NCBI RefSeq assembly: GCF_000143415.4
Contig: NW_003314384.1
Coordinates: 248,001 to 312,000, forward strand
DNA length: 64,000 bases
Reading direction: 5' to 3'
From: Selaginella moellendorffii
Lineage: Eukaryota; Plantae; Lycopodiophyta
Positions 1 to 11,687 of the stretch are shown piece by piece; positions within the stretch are counted from its first letter, which is position 1, and every line of letters begins with the position of its first letter. The translations under genes were made by a program, and so were the position numbers. The notes beneath the pieces were generated by a model. It was not told where the DNA came from. It saw only the letters and a program-made list of their open reading frames with translations, and searched no databases.

Positions 1-1047
1 GTTTCCGGTCCCAAGAAAGGGAGCGCGAATGTGGACGACGGCGTTGATTCCCAGGCGGAGAAAACCGATGTAGCTTCCAACGACGACACGATTGGAAATT
101 CGAGCTTGCCCGTGGTCGACAAGGACGAGAATTTGGAGGAAACAAAAGAAGAGCAAGAAGAAGCTCCAGTGGTGGAGGGAAAAGCACCGGAGGTCGAGAA
201 GAAAGCCGTCTTACCATGGGAGGAGGAAGAACAAGTACCGCCGGAGCAGGAACCAGCGATCGAGAAAGGAGTTCAGGAAGAACAAGTCGTGAACTTAGAG
301 GAACCGGCGATCCAGGAAAAACAAGTGCCAGCGAAGAAGGCCAACTTACCACGAGAACAGGAAGAACAAGTGTCCCCAATCGAGGTGATACCACGAGAAC
401 AGGAAGAACAACTGCCAGTGACCGAGGAGAAGGCCCAACAGGAAGACCAAGTGCCAGTGATCGAGGAGAAGGCGAGCGAGGAGAAGCCACGAGAACAGGA
501 AGAACAAGTGCCAGTGATCGAGGAGAAGGCCAAGCTACCACGAGAGAAGGAAGAGCAAGTGCCAGTGACCGACAAGGGATCGAATTTACTGCGAGAACTG
601 GAGGAGGAGGAAGATAATTCACGCGAAGAGGAGGTAAAGGAAGAAGAAAAGCTGGCCGTGGAGGACACGACCGAGGAAATCAAAGAACAGCATTTCATCC
701 CGGGAGCAGAACTGGAAGGTTTCGCCAAAGTCTACGAGGAACGCAGCGATGAGATTGCGCTGGATCCTCACGAAGCTCCTCCGCCGCCACCTCCTCTCGT
801 GGACGTCGCTCATCCCCCGGTGGAATCCATAGCAACAAATGGAGGCGATTACCATGGTAGCGGTGGTGGTGGAACTGGAACCATCGCGAAGACCAAGTCC
901 AAGATCAAAGGTTTCCTGTCGCGGTGTCTTCCAGAGTTCGAGAGATTCGACGCTCACTCGTGGGCATCCGGTCTCGCTCTGGGGATCATCGTGACGTGCT
1001 CCGCGGTCGTCATCTCCAAGAAGCTCGACAACATCAAAGGTAAATAA
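1..1047 (+). CDS. Glu-rich repetitive protein with C-terminal membrane anchor (5'-truncated by window)
   Basis: Frame is open from base 1 to TAA at 1047. Tandem PREQEEQVPVIEEKA-like repeats. C-terminal hydrophobic helix WASGLALGIIVTCSAVVI is followed by the basic tail SKKLDNIKGK. Confidence 0.75.
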   Translation, partial: VSGPKKGSANVDDGVDSQAEKTDVASNDDTIGNSSLPVVDKDENLEETKEEQEEAPVVEGKAPEVEKKAVLPWEEEEQVPPEQEPAIEKGVQEEQVVNLEEPAIQEKQVPAKKANLPREQEEQVSPIEVIPREQEEQLPVTEEKAQQEDQVPVIEEKASEEKPREQEEQVPVIEEKAKLPREKEEQVPVTDKGSNLLRELEEEEDNSREEEVKEEEKLAVEDTTEEIKEQHFIPGAELEGFAKVYEERSDEIALDPHEAPPPPPPLVDVAHPPVESIATNGGDYHGSGGGGTGTIAKTKSKIKGFLSRCLPEFERFDAHSWASGLALGIIVTCSAVVISKKLDNIKGK

Positions 1048-1140
1048 ATAAACACATATAAAAGCTTTGCTTTGATCGTTTGGTAGTATAGTTTAGATAA
1101 CCTTATCAAATGCGAAAAGAAAAATCAAGAAATAGGTCTT

Positions 1141-1149
1141 CCACGTGGC
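1141..1149 (+). promoter_or_regulatory. G-box/ABRE (CCACGTGGC) upstream of WNK gene
   Basis: Exact CACGTGGC about 400 bp upstream of the WNK start codon; function untested. Confidence 0.35.
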
Positions 1150-1533
1150 GCAATCTCATTTGTGCCTTTTTATTACGGCGAGTGGCTCCAGAGTATTTTA
1201 TATTGCCCATTGCTTGCGAAGTAGGCCTTTTCTTTTCCCTTCCCCGCGGCCTTGTGGTGTTCTTGCGCGCTAGAGGAGGGCGGCGGCACGGCGCGGGTTG
1301 CGTGGAGGGGCATCGGGCGGCGCGCAGGGCGCGGGCCTGCGATCCAGGTGTCGGAGCTGGAAATCTGGGGGCTAGGGTTGATTCTGTAGCTCAAGGGTCT
1401 CGTTGGATGCCCCAGCGATGTCTGATTGCCGCCACGGATCGCCGCTGCCGCCTCTTCCTCTAGGCCGATTGAAATCCCGCAGCGGCGGCTCACTCCGCTG
1501 GAGCTCGTGTCCTCCCTTTTTGTAACAGCGTAG

Positions 1534-4043
1534 ATGTGCTGCGTCATGGAGGTGGAATCAGGGGCCAACGCCGCCGATGCCGACGATTCCGAGTTTGTCG
1601 AGGTCGATCCCACTGGGCGCTATGGCCGGGTAAATTTTTTTCTTTTCGACTTGTGGCAAGATGGAAGAGCTCATGGTGGTTTTTCTCTCAGTATAACGAA
1701 GTCCTGGGTCGTGGAGCCTTCAAGACAGTGTAAGTCCTTTTTGTCGAGGAGATGGTTTTCGTTCCTCATGGGTTTGATCTGTGTATAGTTACAAGGCTTT
1801 CGACGAGGTGGATGGTATCGAGGTTGCCTGGAACCAGGTGAATGTCCAGGATGTTTTGGGAAGACCCGAGGACCTTGAGCGGCTCTACTCGGAGGTTCAC
1901 TTGCTGAGGGGCTTGAAACACAAGAACGTGATCAAGTTCTTCACGTCATGGGTGGATCCACGGACCAAGAATGTGAACTTCATCACCGAGATTTTCACCT
2001 CCGGCACACTGCGACAGTGAGTTCCCTTCACATCCTTTAGTTTGAGCTTTAGCGTGTGTTTGTTTTCTGGTTTGGTCTCTTAGGTACCGCAAGAAGCACA
2101 AGAATGTTGACATGAAAGCGGTCAAGAATTGGGCTAGGCAAATCCTTCGTGGGCTGCTGTACTTGCACAGCCACGATCCTCCCATTATTCATCGCGATCT
2201 AAAGTGTGACAATATCTTTGTAAATGGGAACCAGGGAGAAGTCAAGATTGGAGACCTCGGCCTGGCGACAATTCTTCGTCAGGCTCATGCTGCGCACAGT
2301 GTGATTGGTGTGCATTTTATTCTCTCTCTCTCTCTCTCTCTGTCTCCTTTATTCTCTTTTCTGATCAAAGCGGTGCATTTTCCAGGTACTCCGGAGTTCA
2401 TGGCACCGGAGCTTTACGAGGAGGACTACAATGAACTTGTTGACATCTACGCTTTTGGCATGTGCGTGCTGGAGCTCGTTACTTTCGATTACCCTTACAG
2501 CGAGTGTACAAATGCGGCACAGATTTACAAAAAAGTGTCGTCGGTGAGAGTTCTTGCACGATACGATTGAAACTTGGCAGCTCATTCTCGAATTTGTTTA
2601 TGCAGGGAATAAAGCCTGCCGCCCTTGACAAGGTCAAGGATCCAGAGGTCAGAAGCTTCATTCAAAAGTGCCTCGCCACAGCATCCAAAAGGCTACCTGC
2701 ACGAGAGCTACTGAAGGATCCATTCCTTCAGTGTGAAAGCGATCGGGACGGCGTAGCAGATTCCTTGCCAAGTCTTAACAAAGATCGGGTCAACGACATG
2801 GAAGAACTAGTGAAGCCGAATGAAAAGATTAAGGCACACGGCAGCTTCGACAGTTGCCGCTCACAGGAAACAGATAATGACGACATATCTAGAAAGCCTT
2901 CTACGAACCCGTACTCGGAATTCAAGGATGACACGCAGAAAAGCAAGGACTTCAAGGTGAAGGGAAAGTTGAGACAGGACAACATATTCTTGCGGCTACG
3001 AATATCAGAGCAAGGTAATACTTTACGTAATCATTCTGAGGTGACAACTGAGTTTCTCGGTCTCCACAGGTCATGTGCGAAACATCCATTTTGCTTTCGA
3101 CTTGGAAGCTGATACCGCCTTCAGCGTTGCCAGTGAAATGGTAACCGAGTTGGACCTGTCAGACCAAGACGTAGCCACAATCGCAGAGATGATTGACGCG
3201 GAGATATTGTCCCTGGTTCCGGACTGGAAGCCTGGCGGCGCATTTGATGCGGACGACGAGAAGGGTGTTGAAGATACAGGTCCAGTTGCCGAGGCGGAAG
3301 AGCTAAACGCCACAGAGATGCATAGCACTGACTCGACGCATGGGGAAGGGATGATGTTTGGACGCTTTGAGGAGGTTTCGGTGGGCTGCCTATCGACCGA
3401 TACCGATTCGGAGCCCGAGCCCACCACCGGGCTCGACAACAACAGCCATTTCAGCCCCGCAGAAGAAGAGTATCCGGAGCTGGTTTCTTCGTCGACTAGC
3501 AAGCAGGACATGGTGGCAAAGTGGATCAACAGCACGTCGGGTACGTTTCACGAGGGCCTGAAGCACGGTGAGGTGCTAAACCCGGAGCAACGGGAGCAGC
3601 AACACCAGGTTTTGGCGAGCGAGCAGCAGCAGCAGCAGGAGCAACTGCTCAAGGCGGAGAGAGAGGACGTGACTGACATGCACACGAGCTCGGTTGGGGA
3701 TTCGGTCTCGGAGGCTACGGTGTCCGAGGTGTCGGGGGCGAAGCTGGAGGATGGCTTCGACAACACGTCCGTTGTAGGTGGTCCGCGAGAGCGAGAGTGT
3801 GTCCCGGGCGAGCTATGCGAGATATCGGTGAATCGCATGGACTGCGCGGTGGTGGAAGCGGCGACGCCGCAGCCGGGCACAGGTTTGTACAGGTATTCGC
3901 CCAAAGCGCCGGAAACTGATAACGACATTCTCAAGAAGGAGAGGCTGCAGAGGTCGATTGCGGAATTGGAAGCAAGGACGCTCGAGGGGCTCTCGAAGAA
4001 GAATGGATACTTTGCTGGCCTGGTGAAGAAGGCGGGAGTGTAG
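1534..4043 (+). CDS. WNK: WNK (With No lysine) Ser/Thr kinase, multi-exon
   Basis: [61 protein letters not shown], and the [28 protein letters not shown] autoinhibitory-like region. Short GT-AG introns. Start at 1534 or 1546. Confidence 0.95.
2321..2340. repeat. (TC)n microsatellite in WNK intron
   Basis: tctctctctctctctctctc directly visible. Confidence 0.9.
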
Positions 4044-4530
4044 GCTCTCCCTCGGTGGTTCTTTTTTCCCTCTAGAACTAATATCTCTTTGCCAGGCCGA
4101 GGCAGGAAAGAAGAGTTTTTATAATTTTTTTATTTTTTTTTGTTTTTGTTTTTGCTCGCGTGTTTGAGTAAGTTGCCCATGAGTGCTAAGATGTAAATAG
4201 CCAAGCGTGGTGCAAGGGAGAGATCTCGATTGATTTCATGAATAAGTTGTAGGACTGAAGGTGGTGGAAATTGGATACAAGGGTTCATTGACTCTGATTT
4301 CTAGTCTTGTAGCTTGAGCTAAAATCTCAAGTTGACAGGTTTGTGGCATTTGAACATGGGATTTGAAATTTGCATGTGTGTCTTTGTCAAGGATTTTTGT
4401 TCGTTTTGTGGAAGTAAAAACCTTTAGCAGTCTAAGAACACGAATCTAGCCGTTAGATTCAATTTCAAATTTGGATGTAAAACTTTAAAAAAATCCATGA
4501 ACTAATCCTGTGGTCAAATCCACTTCCCTT

Positions 4531-4900
4531 TTATTTTTGTAAACTACGCCCTGACATATAACTTTCATGAGTTTCATGAGTTGGATTGGCTGAAGTAGAA
4601 GCTGCCCTCATGCCAGTGGAGACCCAGAGGAGAAACATTATATGGGATGGCATGTACGTATTTCCAATCTCCCTCACCTCTTGAGCATCCATTAACTCAA
4701 GCTCGATCTTGTTCCTCTTCAACATCTAGCTCCCGGTGGAGGAAAAGTAGGGAAAAAGAGCGTCCCACAACGTAGAGCTGTCGAGCACCAGAGACAATGG
4801 ACCATTGGGTGGCAGACGCCAGGGGCTAAGCGTAGGCCATGGCTTTTTTTCGGGATCATGAGACGTTCTCCATCGTGCGCACACGGTGAGTGGGAGATTG
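4531..4900 (-). pseudogene. Degenerate gene remnant, possibly F-box-associated domain
   Basis: Broken frames read QWSIVSGARQLYVVGR, ELDVEE and VREIGNTYMPSH, reminiscent of F-box/kelch-type C-terminal repeats. No intact ORF. Confidence 0.25.
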
Positions 4901-5012
4901 CCTATGGATGGGCTAAAGGTTCAGGGGTTAAAGTAGCAGACATGTTTATCTCGCGGTAACAATGGCTTGCACCATCTTGCTTGAGTTGTTCTGATCTATT
5001 GCTGAATTTCTT

Positions 5013-6935
5013 CTAGTCCTGATCGGGATACTTGGATTCATAGAACAACACAAATGTGTTTGGCGGCTGCTTAGTGAATGGCCAGTGGTGGTGGTGATGT
5101 CCTTGCTGCGATCCTTGCAATCGTTCTAATCTTTCTATGATCGTGGGGAAAGATGGTCGCAGCGCTGCTGAGTCCTGCCAGCAATTTTCAATCAACCTGG
5201 CAGCACAAGCACAGGAGTTTTTGCGTGAGGAACCGTGAAGAACTTCTGTAGTGATTAATGTGCTTACTCTTTCATCTCTGCCGTGTATCCTTTGGCTTTG
5301 AAGCTGGGTCTTTCTCCGTCTGCTACAGTCGAAGCGGCAGAGTACGGTTCCATATGGAAGAATGGGGCATTTCCCTCCAACATCTACCAATTCAATTCAT
5401 TAAGGACGTGAAGTCGTTTTGCACCAGGAGAAAGAGTTACCTCGTAAAGGATCATGCCAAACGAGAAAACATCCACGCTCTTGTCATACTTGTCGTGCTT
5501 GAAGACCTCTGGTGCCATGTATCTATCTGCAACCACAATCAGCATTAGGAGTGTGAACTAAAACAGAGTCTTAGACACGCACAACTCCCTGTTTCTCCGG
5601 TTAACTTATAAAAGTCGTGGGGATTCTGTCCCCGTATAAGCTTGCTCAGGCCGAAATCACCGACCTTGAGCTCGCTTCCTTCGTCCATGAGAATGTTGCT
5701 GCAAAGCATCCATTTTAATTCCACAAGCCAGGATCAATAACAAACATACCGAGGCTTAAGATCTCTATGTATGATAACGTTGGGGCCTCGATGCAAGTAA
5801 GCCATCCCGCTGGAGACAAAAGGCACAACAGTTAAAATAGGTTGAGCATCATAGCTAGATACCGTGCAATATCCAGCGCGAAGTTGATGGCAACGGAAGA
5901 ATGTAAGCCCCCCTTCTCTCTCAAAACTCTGTGCAAATCACCCTGCACCGTGACTGCGTGTTAGAGAACGTTACGACTGTGAACGAACGAGAAGAACAAT
6001 TACCGGACCTTTGGGAGGAACTCTGTAATGAGCATGAGAGGTGGTTTCTTTGTGACGGCTCCCAGGAACTGGACAATGTTTGGATGTCGTAACTTCACCA
6101 AGAGCTGGACCTCGTATCGAAAGTCCTCGCTGGACAGAGCACAAAAAACAAATCATCGTCAGTCAAGAGATGGAACTCTAGTAGAAAACTTACACCACCA
6201 TTCTGTCGTTGCAAAGAGAGGGTAGAATTGTCTTGGCCGCTACAGGAGTTCCTCTCCATACGACTTTACGAATCTCTCCAAAGGATCCCTGGAAAGAAAA
6301 AAATCCCACCGCTCAAGAAGAAGAAGAAGAAGAAGAAGAAGAAAGGAGATCTTCTTACCTTTCCAATTAAAGTGCTGCGTCGCAAGTCAATCTCGCTTGG
6401 ATCAATCTCCCAATCCCTGTTTCGTGGAGTGGGAGGAGTAACACCACTATTCCCTGTCTGCCAAGATCTATCACAACAAGAAAAATGCCGAGAGCAATCC
6501 CAGAGCTCTTACCAGGAGTTGTCCCCCGTAATCCTGGATCAGCCTCACCAAATTCCCAAACCCAGCAGCCTCGGCATCCGTCAAGGGCTAAGAAGAAGGC
6601 GAAACAACGCGTCAAACAAGCAACACTGGGATGGGATCCCGAGAATGCACGCCTTGGATCGCGAGCGAGGGAGGAGATAATCCAATACATACCGAGTTTC
6701 CCCAGCGATCCGTGGCATTCACGTTGGCGCCAGCGGCGAGGAGCAGCCGGGCGGCATCGGCGCCGCCGTGGAGCGCGGCGATGTGGAGCGCGGTGCGGCC
6801 ATCGTAATCCTTGGCGTGGAGGAGCGCTGGATCTGCGCGGAGGAGGCGCCCTAGCTGCGCTGCGTCATTGTTTCGCGCACACGAGAGGAGCTGGACCAAT
6901 AGCTGCTGCCCCTTCTTCTCCTCTAACTCATCCAT
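5013..6935 (-). CDS. Ankyrin-repeat protein kinase (integrin-linked kinase / VIK-like Raf-like family), multi-exon
   Basis: N-terminal ankyrin DYDGRTALHIAALHG..ANVNATDRWGNS. Kinase exons include HRGPNVIIHRDLKPR, LKVGDFGLSKL, YMAPEVFKHDKYDKSVDVFSF and LIENCWQDSAALRPSF. Confidence 0.92.
6315..6343. repeat. (AAG)n microsatellite in ankyrin-kinase intron
   Basis: aagaagaagaag... directly visible. Confidence 0.9.
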
Positions 6936-7165
6936 GGGAGAAAGAATTTTATGGGAATAACGCCAAAGGTAAACCTATATTTTTAAAGGCCTCCACCTCC
7001 TTGGCATTGCGGCCTACGCAAGGACAAAGATATGAAAATCATTCGCGCCGCGTGAGAGCTTTGTCCATGGAGATTTGGATTTAAAACTCCTCTCCAGAGT
7101 TTCCAAACTATCTCTTCTCCTCCCTCCTTCCTCTAAGATCATCGTCGCTAGCTCTTCTTCTTGCA

Positions 7166-8273
7166 ATGACAAGATCATCGCTGCTAGTATTGCTCTTCGC
7201 AGCAGCATTGCTCGTCGCTGGTAGCTCTCCCCCGACCGTCTCTACCTGGGAAGGTTGCCTCGTCTCCCAGAACGCTTCCTACATTCCCTTTGGCATCCCC
7301 GAGGCGGACGCCGAGGGGCTCCAGCTCGCGCTCAACGTCGAGTACCTGGAAGCCGAGTTCTTCCTGTGGAGTGCTTTCGGACACGGCCTCGACGTTATCA
7401 TCCCCGGCCTCTCCGGCGGAGGATCACCTCCCGTAGGAGCTCAGCTCGCAAACTTGGATGAGTTTACCAGAGACTTGTCCGCTCAGTTCGGCTACCAGGA
7501 GATCGGCCACCTCAGGTAGTTCTCGGGTCGTGTCGAGCAGTAGCCGGAGTTTGGAGCTAGCTCTTCTTACTTGTTTTCCCACGTAACCATGCAGGGCCAT
7601 CAAGGACACTCTAGGCTCGGCCGCGTTCCGCCGTCCTGTCCTGGACCTCAGCAGTGCAAACTGGGCGGCCTTCTTCGACAGAGCCCTGGGTGGCAGCCTC
7701 AATCCTCCTTTCGACGTCTACGCCAACAGCCTCAACTTCCTGCTCGCTTCTTACATGATCCCTTACATCGGCCTCACTGGTTATGTCGGAGGAAACACCA
7801 ATCTCCAGAGCTCCACGGCCAAGCGGGTAAAGTGATGTATACATCCGGAGCTGGCTGACTTCCAAAACCTCTGTCACCAGCTTGTTGCAGGCCTGCTGGG
7901 TGTCGAGTCGGGGCAGGACGCAGTGATCCGGGCCTATCTCACTGAGCATGCCGAGCGCATAGTTTCACCGTACAGCTTCACTGTTGCAGAGGTGACCGCA
8001 AGGCTTTCCAACTTCCGTAGCACCATAGACCATTCCTACGGCGTGAATGACGAGGGAATTCACGTTCCGCTGTGTCTTGGAGCCGAAGGCAGGACCACCC
8101 AAAACACCCTCGTCGGTGACGACTACTCTGTTTCGTACTCTCGCACCCCGGCTCAAGTCCTGTCCATTGTCTACCGGACTGGGAATCCTTCGTGTCCTGG
8201 CGGCTTCTTTCCACTAGGAGCTCTAGGAACTATAGCTACAAGCTTCTTGTCAGAAGGTTGCGGCCAAGCATGA
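7166..8273 (+). CDS. Desiccation-related protein PCC13-62-like (ferritin-like fold), 3 exons
   Basis: Signal peptide. Motifs LQLALNVEYLEAEFFLWSAFGHGLD, FGYQEIGHLRAI, PFDVYANSLNFLLASYMIPYIGLTGYVG, LLGVESGQDAVIR, RTPAQVLSIVY..PGGFFP. Confidence 0.92.
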
Positions 8274-8291
8274 AACGCATCCCTCGTACCT

Positions 8292-11200
8292 TTACTTTGA
8301 AAACAAGTTCTTCTTCAGCCTGTGCGGTTGCAAGTCTGGAATCGGTGTCAGCAGCTGCCCGGATTCGGAAAGGTAGTAGTTGTTGTAGTTAATTCGGGTG
8401 ATGAGTTCCGTTAGATGAGGGAAATGTCCGACGTTCAACTTAAACGACAAAACCTGAAGACAGGAGGAAAGCATTAGAACGTGGTAAGAATTATAGCTAG
8501 CGTACCCTCAAAAGAAACGCAATGCACTCGTCAAACTGCTTGACAACGTTGTCAATTTCCAGCTGAGATCGAGGGGCAGAGCCTGCTGCTCCGACGACCC
8601 CACGCTGGACAGCATAAAATTCCAGTGCCAACCCCAGTATCGACTTCACACGGCTCGAAATCAGCGTCCACTGAATGGAGTTACTAGCGTCAGGTGAGAG
8701 GGACACAATGCCTTGTATACTTACCAGTTTGTCTGGTGCAACAAAGCACTGCCTCTGAATAGAGATCAAGTACATATCATGGCACGAGATAACTTCATCG
8801 AGTGACCTTGCCGAAGACATTCCTTCACAAAGCTCCAGCCACGAACTGTATAGTACCTGTCACGAAACTTCTTAGATCGTGCAATTCGAAGATAGAAATG
8901 ATCTTACCTGATCCATGACGTAGTGATGCAAGGTGTTTACGAAGTGCATGAGCTTCATTTGTAGAAGTAATTGTGGTTTGTGGCTATCAGAGTCTCCCTG
9001 CCAAAAGCGTTTCAAGTGAATTGCGTCCCTCAAAAAAGTAAATGCAAACCTTCCACGTCCATCGGCATGCTTTGTCCAGAGCTTGCTTTGCTCTCTTCAC
9101 TTTTAGCAGGAAGCACATCACCTGTTTTACTTGAATTGAATGATTATTAAGCTCAGAAAATTTACATCGCACCTGGTTGTATCTTTTGATTGCATCACTG
9201 TCAATGATGAGCTCCAAAGGCCATGCCACCTGCCAAAGCCACAATGAAATATGCTAGAGAGGAAAGCAAAGCACACCTTATACTCAAAACGGAGGTCTTG
9301 TAAAGTATCTATGCCAAAAATTGGGCTACGTCCAGTAAACTGCACACGATGAACCGGAGACCTTTCCGCCGTTCCGCGCGATTCCATTTTCACAACCAAA
9401 GAATCTAGAGTGGAATACATGGCAGCATCCGCAGAGCTTCGAACTGATTCCTGAGCGCAAAATGCATCTATGAGAGAAAGAGAGAGGGAAAAACTACTCA
9501 TTCACCTGTAGCATGGTGTTCAACTCGTAAAAATCATCCCATGGTTCCCCACGATCAAGTTTATTGAAAAGCACAAACGAGAACTGCTGCAGCAGGTCTC
9601 CTGAAAGAAAGAAAAAAAAGAGAGAGAAAGAAACACATTTCCATCAACATTCTTAAGAAGAGAGATTAGACACCGTACCAGAGCCCATCAGGTAAAGAGA
9701 ACGCAGAAGCGATAGTTCTTCCATCAGACGCCATTCTCCCATTAGCTTTTCAAGCAACTGTGCACCTATGGCATTAACCTGTAAAAAAGCTTAGCCAAGC
9801 TACAAACTTGTGAGGCTACGTATACCTGCTTGGTTATCAAGCTGATGAGGCATTCTTGAACTATCACTGTTGATGAAGGTGTTACCGGAAAGTCAACACG
9901 TTGTAGCCATTCTAACATTGAGATAGCCGCTCCGCACTCGGTACTTTCCTGTGCACTCACCAGGATCCTTGAAATGAGTTTCAGTCTAATTTCCATCAAA
10001 CTTCTTACCTCTTCTGAAGATATCTCCGCAAGAGTTGCGAACACCAGCTTCAACTCTTTTTCATCCACCAGCATTTGACGGTGCAAAATACTCCCGCATC
10101 CGCTACCATGAAGATAACTCGTACGATCAACGTGGCCCTTATCATCCGAAAACACTGCATTCCGAAGTCCATGGTCGTCCAACGAAGGCAGAATGATTGT
10201 ACTGGATATATGACCTTCAGTCCCCGCGGCTATCTTAGTCAGGGACGACAGCTCGGTGGGAGGAAGGTTGTCTTGTACGAGGAGCTTCTTCAAGGAAAGG
10301 CAGAAGTTCTCGAACAGAGATGTCTCTGGGGCTTGGATCAGTTGTACAGCAGATGACTTTGCCACGCCTTCCTTCTGAAAATGCCGTAAAAGCTGCAACG
10401 ATTTTCCCGCGGAAAGAATCGGCATTGCAATTGGTTGCAGAAATGAAGCACAGCTAAGACTCTGCCGCTCCTCCCCGGTTTGGTCTGTATAACGTACTAA
10501 GTATCCCGTTTGCCAAAATGCAGTGTCTTGGATTGAAGCCGAAGCATTGGCATAAAAGAACAGCTGCCCGAAATATGTTAGCCGTTAGTATGCTATTCAC
10601 GAATCGCTTGGAGCAGAATGTACCTCGCCAAAAGGATCCGACAAGCTTCCTTCCTGAAGCCAAGTATCGAGGAGTTGTACATGAGGCCACAGGCTCACGA
10701 CGAACAATAGCAACAGCGTACGATATGCTTCTTCCTACTGGCAGCAAAGTTAGAACCAATGCAGAGAAGAATCGGAGGCCTACCTCCCCATCCTTCAACA
10801 AGGAGAACTTATTCAAAGCGTCAAACAGGAAAGTTAGGATGTGAGTAGACAAGTTGGCAGCATCATACGTAAAGAAGTTATTCGGAACAGCGTTGTTCAC
10901 AACGTGGTCAAGGAACTTGAAAGCGGAACTGACCCTGCAGATGAAGCAAAATAGTAAAGGGTCATCAGAAAACTCTCTGCGATGCATACCAGGACAAACT
11001 CTCGGAAAGATTTAATAGAGTGACAGACGATGGCTCTTGCACCGCCTCAGTCTCTTTCTCCAGGACAGCACGCCTTATGTGCTGCAAAGAGAACAGATTA
11101 TTACAGGAATGCCTCGAAATCAAAAGCAAACTCCACCTCAAGCCGCAGAGAAACGGCTTTAGCGAAAGCCTCCAACGTCGGGAACTTATGAGAAAGCGAC

Positions 11201-11647
11201 ATGGAGGCCTTGGAGACGAACTTTTGGACTCTTCTCGAGCTCGTCGCCGCAGAAAGAAATGGCCGTAGCATTACCAGCAAGCTGGATGGCGAGAGATGGG
11301 AGACGTGTGTTCCAAGTTTGAAATAGAACTGGAGCTTGGCTTTGTCCCATAAGATCGTCTCGCCAGGTGATCCTTGCAGTGCGTGAAGCACATCCTTCAC
11401 CTTTGATGGAAGAAGTTACAAGACGATCGGAAAAACAAAGAAATGAGACTTACAATCTGAGCTTCGGTAACCCGGAAGAGCTGCTTTGGCACAGCAAACG
11501 GTAGCTCCACGGTTCGTACACTGCTGAGGAGATCGATGAGCTCTCCGTGACACCCAATCGATCCATTCTCCAGAGCTGCGAAAAAAACTAGAGTGTAAGA
11601 GCCTCCAAAAATCTCATACTCTTACCGAGCGGCACGGGCACGCCCAT
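8292..11647 (-). CDS. GCP5: Gamma-tubulin complex component 5, multi-exon
   Basis: Micro first exon ATG 11647 splices to ..ELPFAVPKQLFRVTEAQI / VKDVLHALQG..HVSHLS. PILSAGKSLQLL and VAWPLELII are present. C-terminus VLSFKLNVGHFPHLTELITRINYN is typical of plant GCP5. Confidence 0.88.
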
Positions 11648-11687
11648 GGCAGCGAAGCGCGCGCTCTCCTCCTCCACTGCGATAGGG

